64,000 nt of DNA, taken from an uncultured Candidatus Saccharibacteria bacterium. Lineage in GTDB: Bacteria; Patescibacteriota; Saccharimonadia; Saccharimonadales; JAGQNJ01. The notes below the pieces were generated by a model. That model ran no database searches. It was given only the letters and a program-made list of their open reading frames with translations, and had not been told where the DNA came from. The stretch lies in NCBI GenBank assembly GCA_964577565.1, contig CAZNZL010000001.1, positions 334,566 to 398,565 on the forward strand, given 5' to 3'. Within the stretch, counting starts at the first letter, position 1. The number at the start of each line of letters is the position of its first letter. Below are positions 45,721 through 54,991 of this stretch, piece by piece. The position numbers and the translations under genes are program-made.

Positions 45721-46155
45721 TTATTTATTCTGCACAGCACTTAATACCACGCTGGCAATTCGCGGTGGCAGGTCATCTTCATAACCAGCGTTTGCACGCA
45801 CAATCAAACATGCAATCGACCCTGGTTCGAGTGTATCGCAGGCTAAAGGCTTGGTGGGTGATTCATAAATAGTGCACTTACTGTCTGGTGTTAAATAGCC
45901 GCAATCTTTATCAAATTCATATATACCCACAGCAGCAGGAATGAGCTGTGCTGGCTCTTCACTGCTTAAGGGTGGGATTTCCCTGTCATAGTCAACAGGC
46001 TCAACTTTTACCGTTAGTTGCATTTTTGCCCCATGTCTAAAACGCTCACTTGGCGTAAGACTTATGCCAATCCCAGCACGACAGCATTCGCCTGTGCAAT
46101 CCATACAACTTACGATTGGTTCTGTTTCAACCGGTATTTTCTTGCGCTTACTCAT
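45721..46155 (-). CDS. YkgJ-family (UPF0153) cysteine-cluster protein
   Basis: CMDCTGECCRAG matches the CxxCxxCC motif. Confidence 0.6.
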   Translation of the reverse strand: MSKRKKIPVETEPIVSCMDCTGECCRAGIGISLTPSERFRHGAKMQLTVKVEPVDYDREIPPLSSEEPAQLIPAAVGIYEFDKDCGYLTPDSKCTIYESPTKPLACDTLEPGSIACLIVRANAGYEDDLPPRIASVVLSAVQNK

Positions 46156-47399
46156 ACAATAATACCGCCGCCTAAGACATGATCATGTTGATAAAAAACA
46201 GCTGATTGGCCAGGAGTTACGGCTCTAATCTCGTCATCTAACGCTACCTGTAGCGTCGCTGATCGGGGCGACGCTACATCTGGTGTACCAGACGCTATAT
46301 CTAGCGTACCGGTAATAAGCGGTGCTCGATGTCGGGTGCGCACTTGCACATGCTTGTCGCCGGGTTGGCCGTTAATCCAATGAACGTCTGTAAGCTGCAG
46401 GGTTTTGCTCCACAATCGCTTATCATCAAGGTCGGTGGTCACATACACCTCATTTTTAGCCATATCTTTACCCACCACGTAATACGGCAAGCCGCCACCC
46501 ACGTTTAGACCGTGCCGCTGGCCAATAGTATAAAAGATAGCGCCGTCGTGTTTGCCCACTGTTTTGCCGGTTTGGTCAATAATGGCACCGGACGATGTTT
46601 TAACGTACTGGCTTAAGAACTCTTTAATGCCAACTTTGCCGACAAAGCAAATGCCCATACTTTCTTTTTTGCCAGCAGTAACAAGGTTAAACTTTTTGGC
46701 TAATTCACGCACCTCAGGCTTCGTGTAATCCCCTAAGGGGAAGAGCGTCTTTTGCAGCGCTGCCTCGCTCATGCGATATAAAAAGTAGGTTTGATCTTTA
46801 TTGTCATCTTTGGCCCTAAATAAACCACAGCGATCTGGTGAGGTCCTTGGCTCAGATGAGATACGAGGATGAGACGAAGCGCGCAGCGAATCGTACATTT
46901 TGGTACGTTGAGCGAGCACTGAGGAATCAGACGATGTAGCTCGCTGAGAACTTTGCGGTACAGCTTGCTTTGCATGACTGGCAGGCAAAGTGGTCAATGG
47001 CCTCACCCGTGCGTAGTGACCGGTGGTTATTAGATCGGCACCCTCCTCCATGGCAGTATCAAAAAACAGCTTAAACTTGATTTCTTGATTGCACATGATG
47101 TCTGGGTTAGGCGTGCGGCCGGCTTTGTATTCATCAATCATGTAGTCAACGACCTTTTGTTTGTAGTCGTTTTCAAAGTCAAACACCTTAAACTCTATGC
47201 CGAGCTGTACTGCCACGCGTTTGGCATCCTGAAAATCTTCCTTCCAGGGGCATTCAAAACCGGGGATGTCTTTGGTCCAGTTTTTCATGTATACACCCAC
47301 GACACGGTAGCCTTGCTGTTTTAGCAAGGCAGCAGTAACAGAGCTGTCAACGCCACCACTCATGCCAACATAGACGGTCTTGTGAGAATTATCTTTCAC
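46152..47399 (-). CDS. mnmA: tRNA 2-thiouridine(34) synthase MnmA, with an insertion of about 57 aa
   Basis: VGMSGGVDSSV PP-loop, TGHYAR...KDQTYFLY, GGGII. The extra low-complexity block lies between HYARV and FRAKDDNKDQTYF. Confidence 0.9.
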   Translation of the reverse strand: MKDNSHKTVYVGMSGGVDSSVTAALLKQQGYRVVGVYMKNWTKDIPGFECPWKEDFQDAKRVAVQLGIEFKVFDFENDYKQKVVDYMIDEYKAGRTPNPDIMCNQEIKFKLFFDTAMEEGADLITTGHYARVRPLTTLPASHAKQAVPQSSQRATSSDSSVLAQRTKMYDSLRASSHPRISSEPRTSPDRCGLFRAKDDNKDQTYFLYRMSEAALQKTLFPLGDYTKPEVRELAKKFNLVTAGKKESMGICFVGKVGIKEFLSQYVKTSSGAIIDQTGKTVGKHDGAIFYTIGQRHGLNVGGGLPYYVVGKDMAKNEVYVTTDLDDKRLWSKTLQLTDVHWINGQPGDKHVQVRTRHRAPLITGTLDIASGTPDVASPRSATLQVALDDEIRAVTPGQSAVFYQHDHVLGGGIIV

Positions 47400-47493
47400 G
47401 TAACCAGTATAACAGAGGTAGTACGCATTGACAATAAATGCAGCTTAGTTTATTGTTTATTTATCCGACCGCACGTTTACAAGGAGCAACACG

Positions 47494-47868
47494 ATGCTTT
47501 GGTCTATGCCCCTATTGGCTCAATTACTCTTGGCTGGCTGGTTTCTCAGCTGCTTTAGTACAACCATCATGGACAAAGTGAACCACATCACTGCACGACT
47601 TCGAAAGCACCCCCTGCAAGATCCTAGCGGGCTCCAAATAATCCGTTGGAGCCTATTGAGGACCGTTTACAACATCATCTTTGCCCTGTATCTGATCCTC
47701 TCCTGCTTCAATCTTGAGGAGTTTGGCTACGATACAGAGGTCATCATGCCTGCCGATTGTGTTTTGGTGCTTGGATTCGTAGCCATAAGCCTTATGGTTA
47801 CCACCTCGAGGTACATGCAATACCGCCCGGTCTCAAAAGAAGAGGGCAGACGGCTCGTCGAGTGGTAA
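47494..47868 (+). CDS. membrane protein, unknown
   Basis: 124 aa with 3-4 hydrophobic spans. Confidence 0.55.
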   Translation: MLWSMPLLAQLLLAGWFLSCFSTTIMDKVNHITARLRKHPLQDPSGLQIIRWSLLRTVYNIIFALYLILSCFNLEEFGYDTEVIMPADCVLVLGFVAISLMVTTSRYMQYRPVSKEEGRRLVEW

Positions 47869-47962
47869 TCGGCAAGATGGCAGCCAGCGTGTTCCTGTAG
47901 GTAGGGCGAAGACGAGCTTTAGGAAGGTCCTAAGGTGCCTGCAGGAACAAACGGTCGGTTAC

Positions 47963-48020
47963 GCCGCGTAAAATGTTTACAGATTGAGCTTTCGCTCTCT
48001 GAAACACCTGCGCGGCTTTT
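47963..48020 (+). repeat. structured repeat R1 (nested hairpins plus T-run)
   Basis: Outer stem gccgcg...cgcggc, inner bulged stem caga[tt]gagc-tttc-gctctctg. Homologous to 48636-48695. Confidence 0.7.
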
Positions 48021-48044
48021 ATATTTTTACCCCTGTTTTATCTA

Positions 48045-48073
48045 TTGACTGCTATTAACGCTTATGATATAGT
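48045..48073 (+). promoter_or_regulatory. promoter candidate for the small-membrane-protein pair
   Basis: TTGACT, a 17-nt spacer, then TATAGT. Confidence 0.5.
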
Positions 48074-48129
48074 TTACAAGTTCGTCAAGGTGATGAACCT
48101 GCACATTAGCAGCTGTATTAGGAGGCATA

Positions 48130-48366
48130 TTGCGCCGCAAGATAACAATACACGAACCGCGCGATGACAAAGCCTTGCTGTACTTCGCCGGATTCATCTT
48201 CGTGTGGATGCTGTTCTACAACGCATTTGCGATCATTGAAGATGGAACGCTGTCATGGTGGAGTATCGTGCTGTCGATCATTGCCATCATCGCCGCATTC
48301 GCCTACCGCAAGAAGGTCATCCAGCCTTCCCTCAAAAAGAAGGAAGAGGAGAACAAGCATGTCTGA
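48130..48366 (+). CDS. small 2-TM protein
   Basis: GGAGG lies 4 nt before the TTG. 78 aa with a Lys/Glu tail. Confidence 0.55.
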   Translation: MRRKITIHEPRDDKALLYFAGFIFVWMLFYNAFAIIEDGTLSWWSIVLSIIAIIAAFAYRKKVIQPSLKKKEEENKHV

Positions 48367-48544
48367 GCAGTACGAGCCGACCCTCACCTTTCTGATGGCA
48401 ACCGGAGGAATCGCTCTTGTGCTCCTTCTCATCTACCTGCTTCGGTCGAGCTTGAAGAACAACACCCTCCTGAACATCGTCATCGTTCTGACGGTTGGAG
48501 CAATCGTACTTGTTGCGGTTCAGCTCATACCGTTGAGCATCTGA
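48359..48544 (+). CDS. small 2-TM protein, translationally coupled
   Basis: The ATG at 48359 overlaps the upstream stop (ATGTCTGA). Product begins MSEQYEPTLTFLMATGGIALVLLLIYLL... Confidence 0.5.
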   Translation: MSEQYEPTLTFLMATGGIALVLLLIYLLRSSLKNNTLLNIVIVLTVGAIVLVAVQLIPLSI

Positions 48545-48635
48545 TGCGACACCAGCTGGGACTTAACCCGCACGGTCAAGACGCCTGTACTCCAGTACAG
48601 AACCCGTGCGGGCACCATCACCAAAAAACGAACAT

Positions 48636-48695
48636 GCCGCGTACACGGTTTACAGATTGAGTTTACACTCTCTGAACCTTACACACGCGGCATTT
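48636..48695 (+). repeat. structured repeat R2
   Basis: Same architecture as R1. The inner stem shows a compensatory c-g to t-a change. Confidence 0.7.
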
Positions 48696-48698
48696 TAT

Positions 48699-49265
48699 TT
48701 AGAAATACTTGCCTCGTTCTACCGTTGAGGCAGGCGCAGGAGCAGATGTAAACTGCAATGCTTGGTGTAAGTCAGGCACAGCTTTATCAAAACGGCTGCG
48801 CAGGCTAAAATCATACGTTTTGTGCTTAATACGCACCATGCACCCACCGCCAACTTTGCTATATACACTTAGCTGAAATAACGTTTGGGCATGAATGTGC
48901 GATCGAAACCAGGTCACAACCGCCTCTATCAAGCGATTATCATGCCCTGCTGAGTAGACCACTACAACCGGTGCTTGTTGGGCAACCTTGCGCAAAAACT
49001 TAGCTAACTCAAGACGGTGGATGTGGTTCAAGATATTACGCTTATTAGCGGTGGCAAATTTATCAAGCTCTTTAGTGGTAGGCGGCAAACTCATTTTGGT
49101 ACCACTCTGGCGTACCCGGGCACGGTATAAAAAATCTTCTAACGCTAAAAGCTCTTTAATTAAAGCCAGTACTTGATCTTTTGTCTGGATAAAATTAGGC
49201 AATACCAGTAACGAGGGGGGTGTAGCGATGCCACTAACATCACTGTTCACGGCGGATGTCCTCAA
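48699..49265 (-). CDS. hypothetical protein with an ATP-synthase delta/OSCP-like C-terminus (tentative)
   Basis: VVVYSAGHDNRLIEAVV...LSVYSKVGGGCMVRIKHKTYDFSLRSRFDK parallels the OSCP pattern V..SA...(x)..IDxSxxGGxxxRxGDxxxDxSxRxRL. The start is uncertain (TTG 49265 or GTG 49250). Confidence 0.45.
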   Translation of the reverse strand: MRTSAVNSDVSGIATPPSLLVLPNFIQTKDQVLALIKELLALEDFLYRARVRQSGTKMSLPPTTKELDKFATANKRNILNHIHRLELAKFLRKVAQQAPVVVVYSAGHDNRLIEAVVTWFRSHIHAQTLFQLSVYSKVGGGCMVRIKHKTYDFSLRSRFDKAVPDLHQALQFTSAPAPASTVERGKYF

Positions 49266-49827
49266 AAATTTCAGCTTTATGAGCGTTAAGACTGTCTACT
49301 ACCAAAGAAATTTGGCGATCTTGATCAATCACATCACCTACTGCCGCCATAACATACGTGCGTACAACCTCAGCCATGTGGTCTTCAAACCGCTTTATTC
49401 GCCGTGCTTTTTCTGCTTGCAGCTCTTGCTGGTGTTGTTGTTCATTATTGGTGATGGTATTGGTAACCATCTGCTTGGTTTGGTCAATTACCTGTTGATG
49501 GCGAGCCAACTCTTTTTGCAGGGTCGTTAAGACCTCTTGCTTCATATAGTCTTCTAACTTAGCGGCGCTAACGCGTACGTTTTGCTGTAAGAATTGGGCA
49601 TTTTGCTGCATTACGGCATCAAACTGATTGCGCGCGCGCTGTTGCAGCTCATCCTTAAATTCATCAGTAAACGCTTGATTAACAGCGGCATCAACGGAAG
49701 CCGTCGCTACATCTTTGGGTGAGGGGCGACCTTCCGGTACATTACTTAGGCGCATCGCTACCCAAATAAAGGCAATAAACGTCGCGGTAAGCGTTCCGAT
49801 TATTAACAGCAGTTGCCACAATTCCAC
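49240..49827 (-). CDS. N-terminally anchored coiled-coil protein (ATP-synthase b-like topology, tentative)
   Basis: One TM (LLLIIGTLTATFIAFIWVAM) followed by a long helix rich in Q/E/K. Confidence 0.5.
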   Translation of the reverse strand: MELWQLLLIIGTLTATFIAFIWVAMRLSNVPEGRPSPKDVATASVDAAVNQAFTDEFKDELQQRARNQFDAVMQQNAQFLQQNVRVSAAKLEDYMKQEVLTTLQKELARHQQVIDQTKQMVTNTITNNEQQHQQELQAEKARRIKRFEDHMAEVVRTYVMAAVGDVIDQDRQISLVVDSLNAHKAEIFEDIRREQ

Positions 49828-49884
49828 TAGTATTCCACCCTTTAAACGGCAATTATTCTTATTACTACGTTTAATATAACGATT

Positions 49885-51033
49885 TTACGGTTGATTTACA
49901 ATGTCAGATAACGCGCTTACAACAGTTTGTATATCTTTCATTGTAGTTGCATTGCCCATTGTAAACCGAAGGCTGCTGCGCGCTAGCTCATCGCTCAAGC
50001 CCAGAGCTGCTAAAACGTGTGATGGCTTGTCGCTACTAGCGCTACACGCCGAGCCGGTGGCGCACATAATGCCACGCTCATCGAGTTCCATCATTAGGCG
50101 TTCATTATCAGCGCCCGGAATGGTGATGTGCACGTTGTTTGGCAGGCGATGTTTGAGCGAGCCATTAACCTGCGCCGTTGGTAACGCTGCTGTTAGTTGT
50201 TTGATAAATGCTGCTTGTAGTGCCCGCAAGCGTACCGCCTCTTCTTTTTTTCTGGCCGACACTAACTCTAACGCCGCAGTTAGCCCCATAACACCGGGCA
50301 CATTTTCAGTACCACTTCTAAGCGATCGCTCTTGGCCACCACCTAAAATCTGCGCCTGCAGCTGCGTACCGGTTTTTATAAAAAGTACCCCCGTTTGTTT
50401 TGGTCCGTATATTTTACCACCGTTAATGGTCATAAGATCAACACCCAATTTATGCACGTGCATATCAAGGTAGGCAGCTGCCTGCGCTGCATCAGTGTGT
50501 ACATACAGCGGCAAGTCATTGCCCTGCTGTTGGCGTTGAGTCCGCACCGCTGCAATAAGTTGCGTTACCTCTTTAATGGGCTGAATAGTGCCGATCTCGT
50601 TATTGGCATACATAACGCTTACCAGCACGGTTTTATCGGTGATTTTCTTGCTGAGATCATCGAGGTTTATACGACCATCAGCAGTAATAGCAATCTCTTG
50701 CACTGCACCGGCATGAGCCGGTTCGAGCACCGAATCATGCTCTAAAGCGCTAACCAATACGTCTGCACCTGGATACGCCGCTGTCACACCACGAATAGCC
50801 AAGTTGTTAGCCTCGGTACCCCCAGCGGTAAAGATAATTTCACTTGGTTTTGCCCCTAAAATTTTGGCAATACGAGCACGAGCTTCATTAAGTGCTTTTT
50901 TGACTGTTTTAGCAGCTAAATAGCCGGCCGATGGATTGTAAAATTTATCGGCCACATATGGCTCCATAGCCGCGCGCACCACGGGGTCAACCGGTGTTGC
51001 CGCGGCGTAATCGAGGTATATGGGCTTATTCAT
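49885..51033 (-). CDS. cysteine desulfurase (NifS/IscS class V aminotransferase)
   Basis: IYLDYAAATP, FTAGGTEANN, HTDAAQA, GGKIYGPK (PLP Lys), SGSACSA active Cys. Confidence 0.88.
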   Translation of the reverse strand: MNKPIYLDYAAATPVDPVVRAAMEPYVADKFYNPSAGYLAAKTVKKALNEARARIAKILGAKPSEIIFTAGGTEANNLAIRGVTAAYPGADVLVSALEHDSVLEPAHAGAVQEIAITADGRINLDDLSKKITDKTVLVSVMYANNEIGTIQPIKEVTQLIAAVRTQRQQQGNDLPLYVHTDAAQAAAYLDMHVHKLGVDLMTINGGKIYGPKQTGVLFIKTGTQLQAQILGGGQERSLRSGTENVPGVMGLTAALELVSARKKEEAVRLRALQAAFIKQLTAALPTAQVNGSLKHRLPNNVHITIPGADNERLMMELDERGIMCATGSACSASSDKPSHVLAALGLSDELARSSLRFTMGNATTMKDIQTVVSALSDIVNQP

Positions 51034-51046
51034 AGCCGCCTACTAT

Positions 51047-51430
51047 TTAGGCAAATGTGTAGATTTGCTGTTTAACTTTTTGCTGATAGGTTTTGGCGGC
51101 CTTGAGCAAGCGGCGAGCCTCATGGTCGCTTACCGGCTGATAGTGGCTGCCGTTTTGTGACTTTAAGATGCCGTTGGGGCGTACATCGTACCGGGTTGTC
51201 ATAACGTGATGCTTACCCTGATTATCTTGCCACTCTTCATGCCACACCCAGGTGTGCTCATCAAGGCAAAAGAATTCGCGTCGGCGATCTTTGGGAATAG
51301 GGCCAAACACCGTTCCGCCAATGCGTGCTTCGTGTCGCATCAGGTTGCGGTACAGGGTAGCCTCACGTTGCTGCTGCTTCTGTGAGGTAATTTGGTTCGT
51401 AAGGGTTGAGAGCACGTTTTTAATTGTCAT
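51047..51430 (-). CDS. hypothetical protein
   Basis: 127-aa ORF. No motif recognised. Confidence 0.55.
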   Translation of the reverse strand: MTIKNVLSTLTNQITSQKQQQREATLYRNLMRHEARIGGTVFGPIPKDRRREFFCLDEHTWVWHEEWQDNQGKHHVMTTRYDVRPNGILKSQNGSHYQPVSDHEARRLLKAAKTYQQKVKQQIYTFA

Positions 51431-51770
51431 GGTTTACCCCTGAAACAAAGGCGCTGTTAACAAGCTGCCGGGCTGCGTCTTCATCATAAGCTTGGTTCTC
51501 TGCTGTAGCATTTACGTTCTTTTCGGTCGGCGGTTTAACTTCTTCGTGGCCAGCTGATAGATTCGCTGCTACCTCGTGTTCAACTTGTTGAACCGCCTGG
51601 GTTGTATCAAGTGGAACTCGCAACGTAGGCCCGTCAACAACTGGCGCTTCTACCGGCTCTGGCGGAACAGCGTTTTCAAGTAAACGCAGCGCACGATAAA
51701 TAACCCGATCTCGCTCGAGTAGCGGACGGGGAACGTTGAGTACTTCTGGTGAAAAATCGTGTGAACTCAT
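51420..51770 (-). CDS. hypothetical protein
   Basis: 116-aa ORF that overlaps both neighbours by a few nt (operon-like). Confidence 0.5.
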   Translation of the reverse strand: MSSHDFSPEVLNVPRPLLERDRVIYRALRLLENAVPPEPVEAPVVDGPTLRVPLDTTQAVQQVEHEVAANLSAGHEEVKPPTEKNVNATAENQAYDEDAARQLVNSAFVSGVNHDN

Positions 51771-52729
51771 AATTTAAACAACTCGCCGGCGTTACGTGTT
51801 GTGGCCGCGGCAAGCTCCTCAAGGCTTTCCTGCCTCAAGGTACTTATAAATTTGGCGGTCTCAACAACGTGCTTAGGCTGACAGATTGTACCACGAAACG
51901 GAACAGGGGTCAAGAACGGCGCGTCGGTTTCAAGCAACAACCGATCCAGCGGTATCGCTTTAGCCGCCTCGAGTTGTGCACTATCTTTGGTAAACGTCAT
52001 AATGCCGTTTAAGCCAATATAAAGCCCCATACCAAGACATTTGTCAAGGGTAGTGGTATTGGCGGTAAAGCTGTGAACAACGCCCCTAATGCCCTTAAAA
52101 TCGCTCAAAATGGCAAAAAAATCGTCAAACGCTTGGCCCGTTCCAGCGCCAGCCTGTTTCGGGTCGTCTCGTACATGGAAAATTACCGGCAAATCATGCT
52201 CTTGCGCCAGGTTAAGTTGAAACTGAAATATTTCTTGCTGATCTGCTTTTGGTGAGTGAGTGTAGTAGTAATCCAAACCTGTTTCGCCAATAGCCACGAC
52301 CCTACGTACCGTGCTGCCTCTACCGTCGGCAAAGCCACCGGTTTTGGTATCACTTTTGGCACTGAACTTCGTTGCCGGCTGCGCTACTCCTTCACCGTAT
52401 GGTTTATACGCTTTAGTGTGTTGCTCGCTTTCGCCTTGTTCAGTACTCAAATACGAAGGTCGTGCATGATTTTGTGCTAAGGTTCTGAACTGTTGCAAGG
52501 CGATTTCATTATTTACATAATGCTTGGCTTCATGCGGGTGCAGGCCGATGCTCGCCCAAATTGACTGATACTTTGCAGCATACTGCACGGCCATTTTGCT
52601 ATCTTTAAGGGTACACCCCACGCACAACAGACGTGTTACCCCCGCCGATAACGCATCGCTCATTACCTCATCGCTATCGAGCGGGTAATCATCAAAATGA
52701 ATATGACAGTGGGTGTCAACGAGCTGCAT
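51767..52729 (-). CDS. tatD: TatD-family metal-dependent hydrolase, with an insertion of about 55 aa
   Basis: MQLVDTHCHIHF, IGLHPH, AIGETGLDYYY, LPVIFHVRD, VVHSF, LLETDAP. The extra block lies between QFRTLAQNH and VVAIGE. Confidence 0.82.
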   Translation of the reverse strand: MQLVDTHCHIHFDDYPLDSDEVMSDALSAGVTRLLCVGCTLKDSKMAVQYAAKYQSIWASIGLHPHEAKHYVNNEIALQQFRTLAQNHARPSYLSTEQGESEQHTKAYKPYGEGVAQPATKFSAKSDTKTGGFADGRGSTVRRVVAIGETGLDYYYTHSPKADQQEIFQFQLNLAQEHDLPVIFHVRDDPKQAGAGTGQAFDDFFAILSDFKGIRGVVHSFTANTTTLDKCLGMGLYIGLNGIMTFTKDSAQLEAAKAIPLDRLLLETDAPFLTPVPFRGTICQPKHVVETAKFISTLRQESLEELAAATTRNAGELFKL

Positions 52730-54200
52730 GGGATGTCGAGGTATTTTGCTGTGCTGTATCGGTAGCTGGCTTATCAGTTCTTGGAAAGAGCGTGCCCTCA
52801 AGTTGCCGAATAACGCCTTCGTCAAAAATATGCCGTATTTTCACCGCGGTTGTGGGCATAAACGGCTCAAGCAGCTCTGCAATCTGCAATAAACAACTCA
52901 CCTGGTATGCTAAGACTTCGCGTAGGTGGTTTCCATCATTGGTTTTAGCGATTTCCCACGGTTTTTGCTTTTCAATATACTGATTGAGCCCACGAACTAA
53001 ATCCCACACTTCTTCCAGTGCTCGATCAAACTTACAATCTTCAATTGCTTGATGATACGGCGCTACATCGTGCGCTGTTTTGGGAATATTGCCAATAATA
53101 CCCTTTTGGTACCTAACAATCATAGCTGAGGTGCGTTGTACGGCGTTACCCAACTCGTTCGCTAACTCAGTGTTGTAAACCTCTTCAAGGCGTTGCCATG
53201 AAAAATCACCATCATCATAGCTTGGTATGTGCCGAGTTAAAAAATAGCGCATCACATCTGGCTCATATTTGGCTAATATTTCATCAGGTGTAACAAAGTT
53301 ACCGAGGCTTTTGCTCATTTTTTTACCATTAAGCGTAATATGGCCGTGCACATACAAGGTTTTAGGCAACGGCAGGTTGAGGCCAAGCAAAATACCTGGC
53401 CACATCGCCGCATGATGACGCAAAATATCCTTGCCAATCACCTGCACATTTGCCGGCCAGTAGTTGGCAAAATCTGCGTGCTCTGGGTAGCCAAGCACGG
53501 TTATATAATTAAGTAACGCCTCAAACCATACATACATTACTTGATTAGGGTCACCTGGCACCGGTACGCCCCACGATATTTTATCTTTAGGGCGTGAAAT
53601 ACTGATGTCTTCAAGGCCATCACTGATAACGTTTAAAATCTCATTCTTGCGCTTCTCTGGTACGATGCGAAGTTCACCCGTAACGATGGCCTCTTTAATT
53701 TGTTGGTTATATTTGCTGAGCGCAAAAAAGTAGTTTTCTTCTTTCAGAAGCGTATAGGGCTTGTCATGGTCAGGGCACATATTATTGTTGGCCTTTACGA
53801 CTTGCTCGGTAACGTACTCTTCGTGGCCAACGCAATACCAGCCCTCATAAGCACCTTTATAAATATCTTCTTTAAGGCTCTTCCAGACTATTTGGGCGCG
53901 CTGCTCATGGCTTGGGTCTGTCGTACGAATAAAGCGGTCATTGCTGATATTAAGCTTTTTTTGTAAATCACGAAATTTTACACTTATTTGATCGGTAAAC
54001 GCTTTGGGGTCAAGTTTAAGCTCAGCTGCCTTTTCAGCTATTTTACTGCCATGTTCGTCGGTACCGGTGCTAAAAATGGTTGGTTTTTTATGCAAACGGG
54101 CGTAGCGCGCCAACACATCTGCATAAATAAGCTCCATAGCAAAACCTATGTGTGGATCTGCATTCGTATAGGCAATAGAAGTAGTGACATAAAAATTCAT
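52716..54200 (-). CDS. metG: methionine--tRNA ligase
   Basis: YVTTSIAYTNADPHIGF (HIGH-type), KMSKS, and the anticodon-binding domain. Confidence 0.92.
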   Translation of the reverse strand: MNFYVTTSIAYTNADPHIGFAMELIYADVLARYARLHKKPTIFSTGTDEHGSKIAEKAAELKLDPKAFTDQISVKFRDLQKKLNISNDRFIRTTDPSHEQRAQIVWKSLKEDIYKGAYEGWYCVGHEEYVTEQVVKANNNMCPDHDKPYTLLKEENYFFALSKYNQQIKEAIVTGELRIVPEKRKNEILNVISDGLEDISISRPKDKISWGVPVPGDPNQVMYVWFEALLNYITVLGYPEHADFANYWPANVQVIGKDILRHHAAMWPGILLGLNLPLPKTLYVHGHITLNGKKMSKSLGNFVTPDEILAKYEPDVMRYFLTRHIPSYDDGDFSWQRLEEVYNTELANELGNAVQRTSAMIVRYQKGIIGNIPKTAHDVAPYHQAIEDCKFDRALEEVWDLVRGLNQYIEKQKPWEIAKTNDGNHLREVLAYQVSCLLQIAELLEPFMPTTAVKIRHIFDEGVIRQLEGTLFPRTDKPATDTAQQNTSTSHAAR

Positions 54201-54322
54201 AGTAATCCTTGCTTAATTGTAGAGAAATATAAGAGTTAGTAAATAGAAAGAAAGCCCCTATGCGGGCATCATGCGCATGTTTAAATTACTCGCACTTGTT
54301 GTCATAACAACATTATAACACC

Positions 54323-54820
54323 TTAAAGCAAGGCTGTCTGCTCTGCCTCGCCGTTGTCGCCGCCTAGCAGCTCAATAACGCGGTCAATGAACGCCCGCTG
54401 GGCCTCGTTGGCCTTTTCTTTAGCTTGGCTGGCAGAAAACCACGCCACTCGATCAATCTCTGGATACGCTTGCATGCGGCCAGAACGTGGTGGCCATTCA
54501 ATTTCTATAGTGTTACTTTTTAGTTTTGACTCATCAAAATCAGCCTCTACCGCCCAAGCATGCACAATTTTATTGTTTTTCTGCTTCACCGTACCAAGAG
54601 CGGTGTAATCGCCAGGCGGAGCCGGTTGGCCCGTTTCTTCTTTGAACTCACGCTTAGCAGCAGACAACTCATCTTCGTTCTCTTCTATCAAGCCTTTTGG
54701 TATGGTCCAGTAGCCTTTGTCTTTTTTAGTAAAAAACGGCCCGCCGTTATGCGCCAACAAAAACTCTAACCGCCCGTTTTTGCGCCGATACAATAATAAT
54801 CCCGCCGAAACCGCTGGCAT
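54323..54820 (-). CDS. NUDIX hydrolase
   Basis: Nudix box GLIEENEDELSAAKREFKEETG. Confidence 0.85.
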   Translation of the reverse strand: MPAVSAGLLLYRRKNGRLEFLLAHNGGPFFTKKDKGYWTIPKGLIEENEDELSAAKREFKEETGQPAPPGDYTALGTVKQKNNKIVHAWAVEADFDESKLKSNTIEIEWPPRSGRMQAYPEIDRVAWFSASQAKEKANEAQRAFIDRVIELLGGDNGEAEQTALL

Positions 54821-54991
54821 TATATTGCCCGCCTTTTTATACCCGCTTTAGTACTCATAGAACCCATTGTATGCAAAAGTCTCTGATTGGTAAAACTGTC
54901 ATGGTTATGACTAGATTTTTGAGTATAATTGCCGCTTAGGACTAGTGTTTTGTCCTTTAACAATCCGACCCAACCATTCCCTGGAGGCAAC

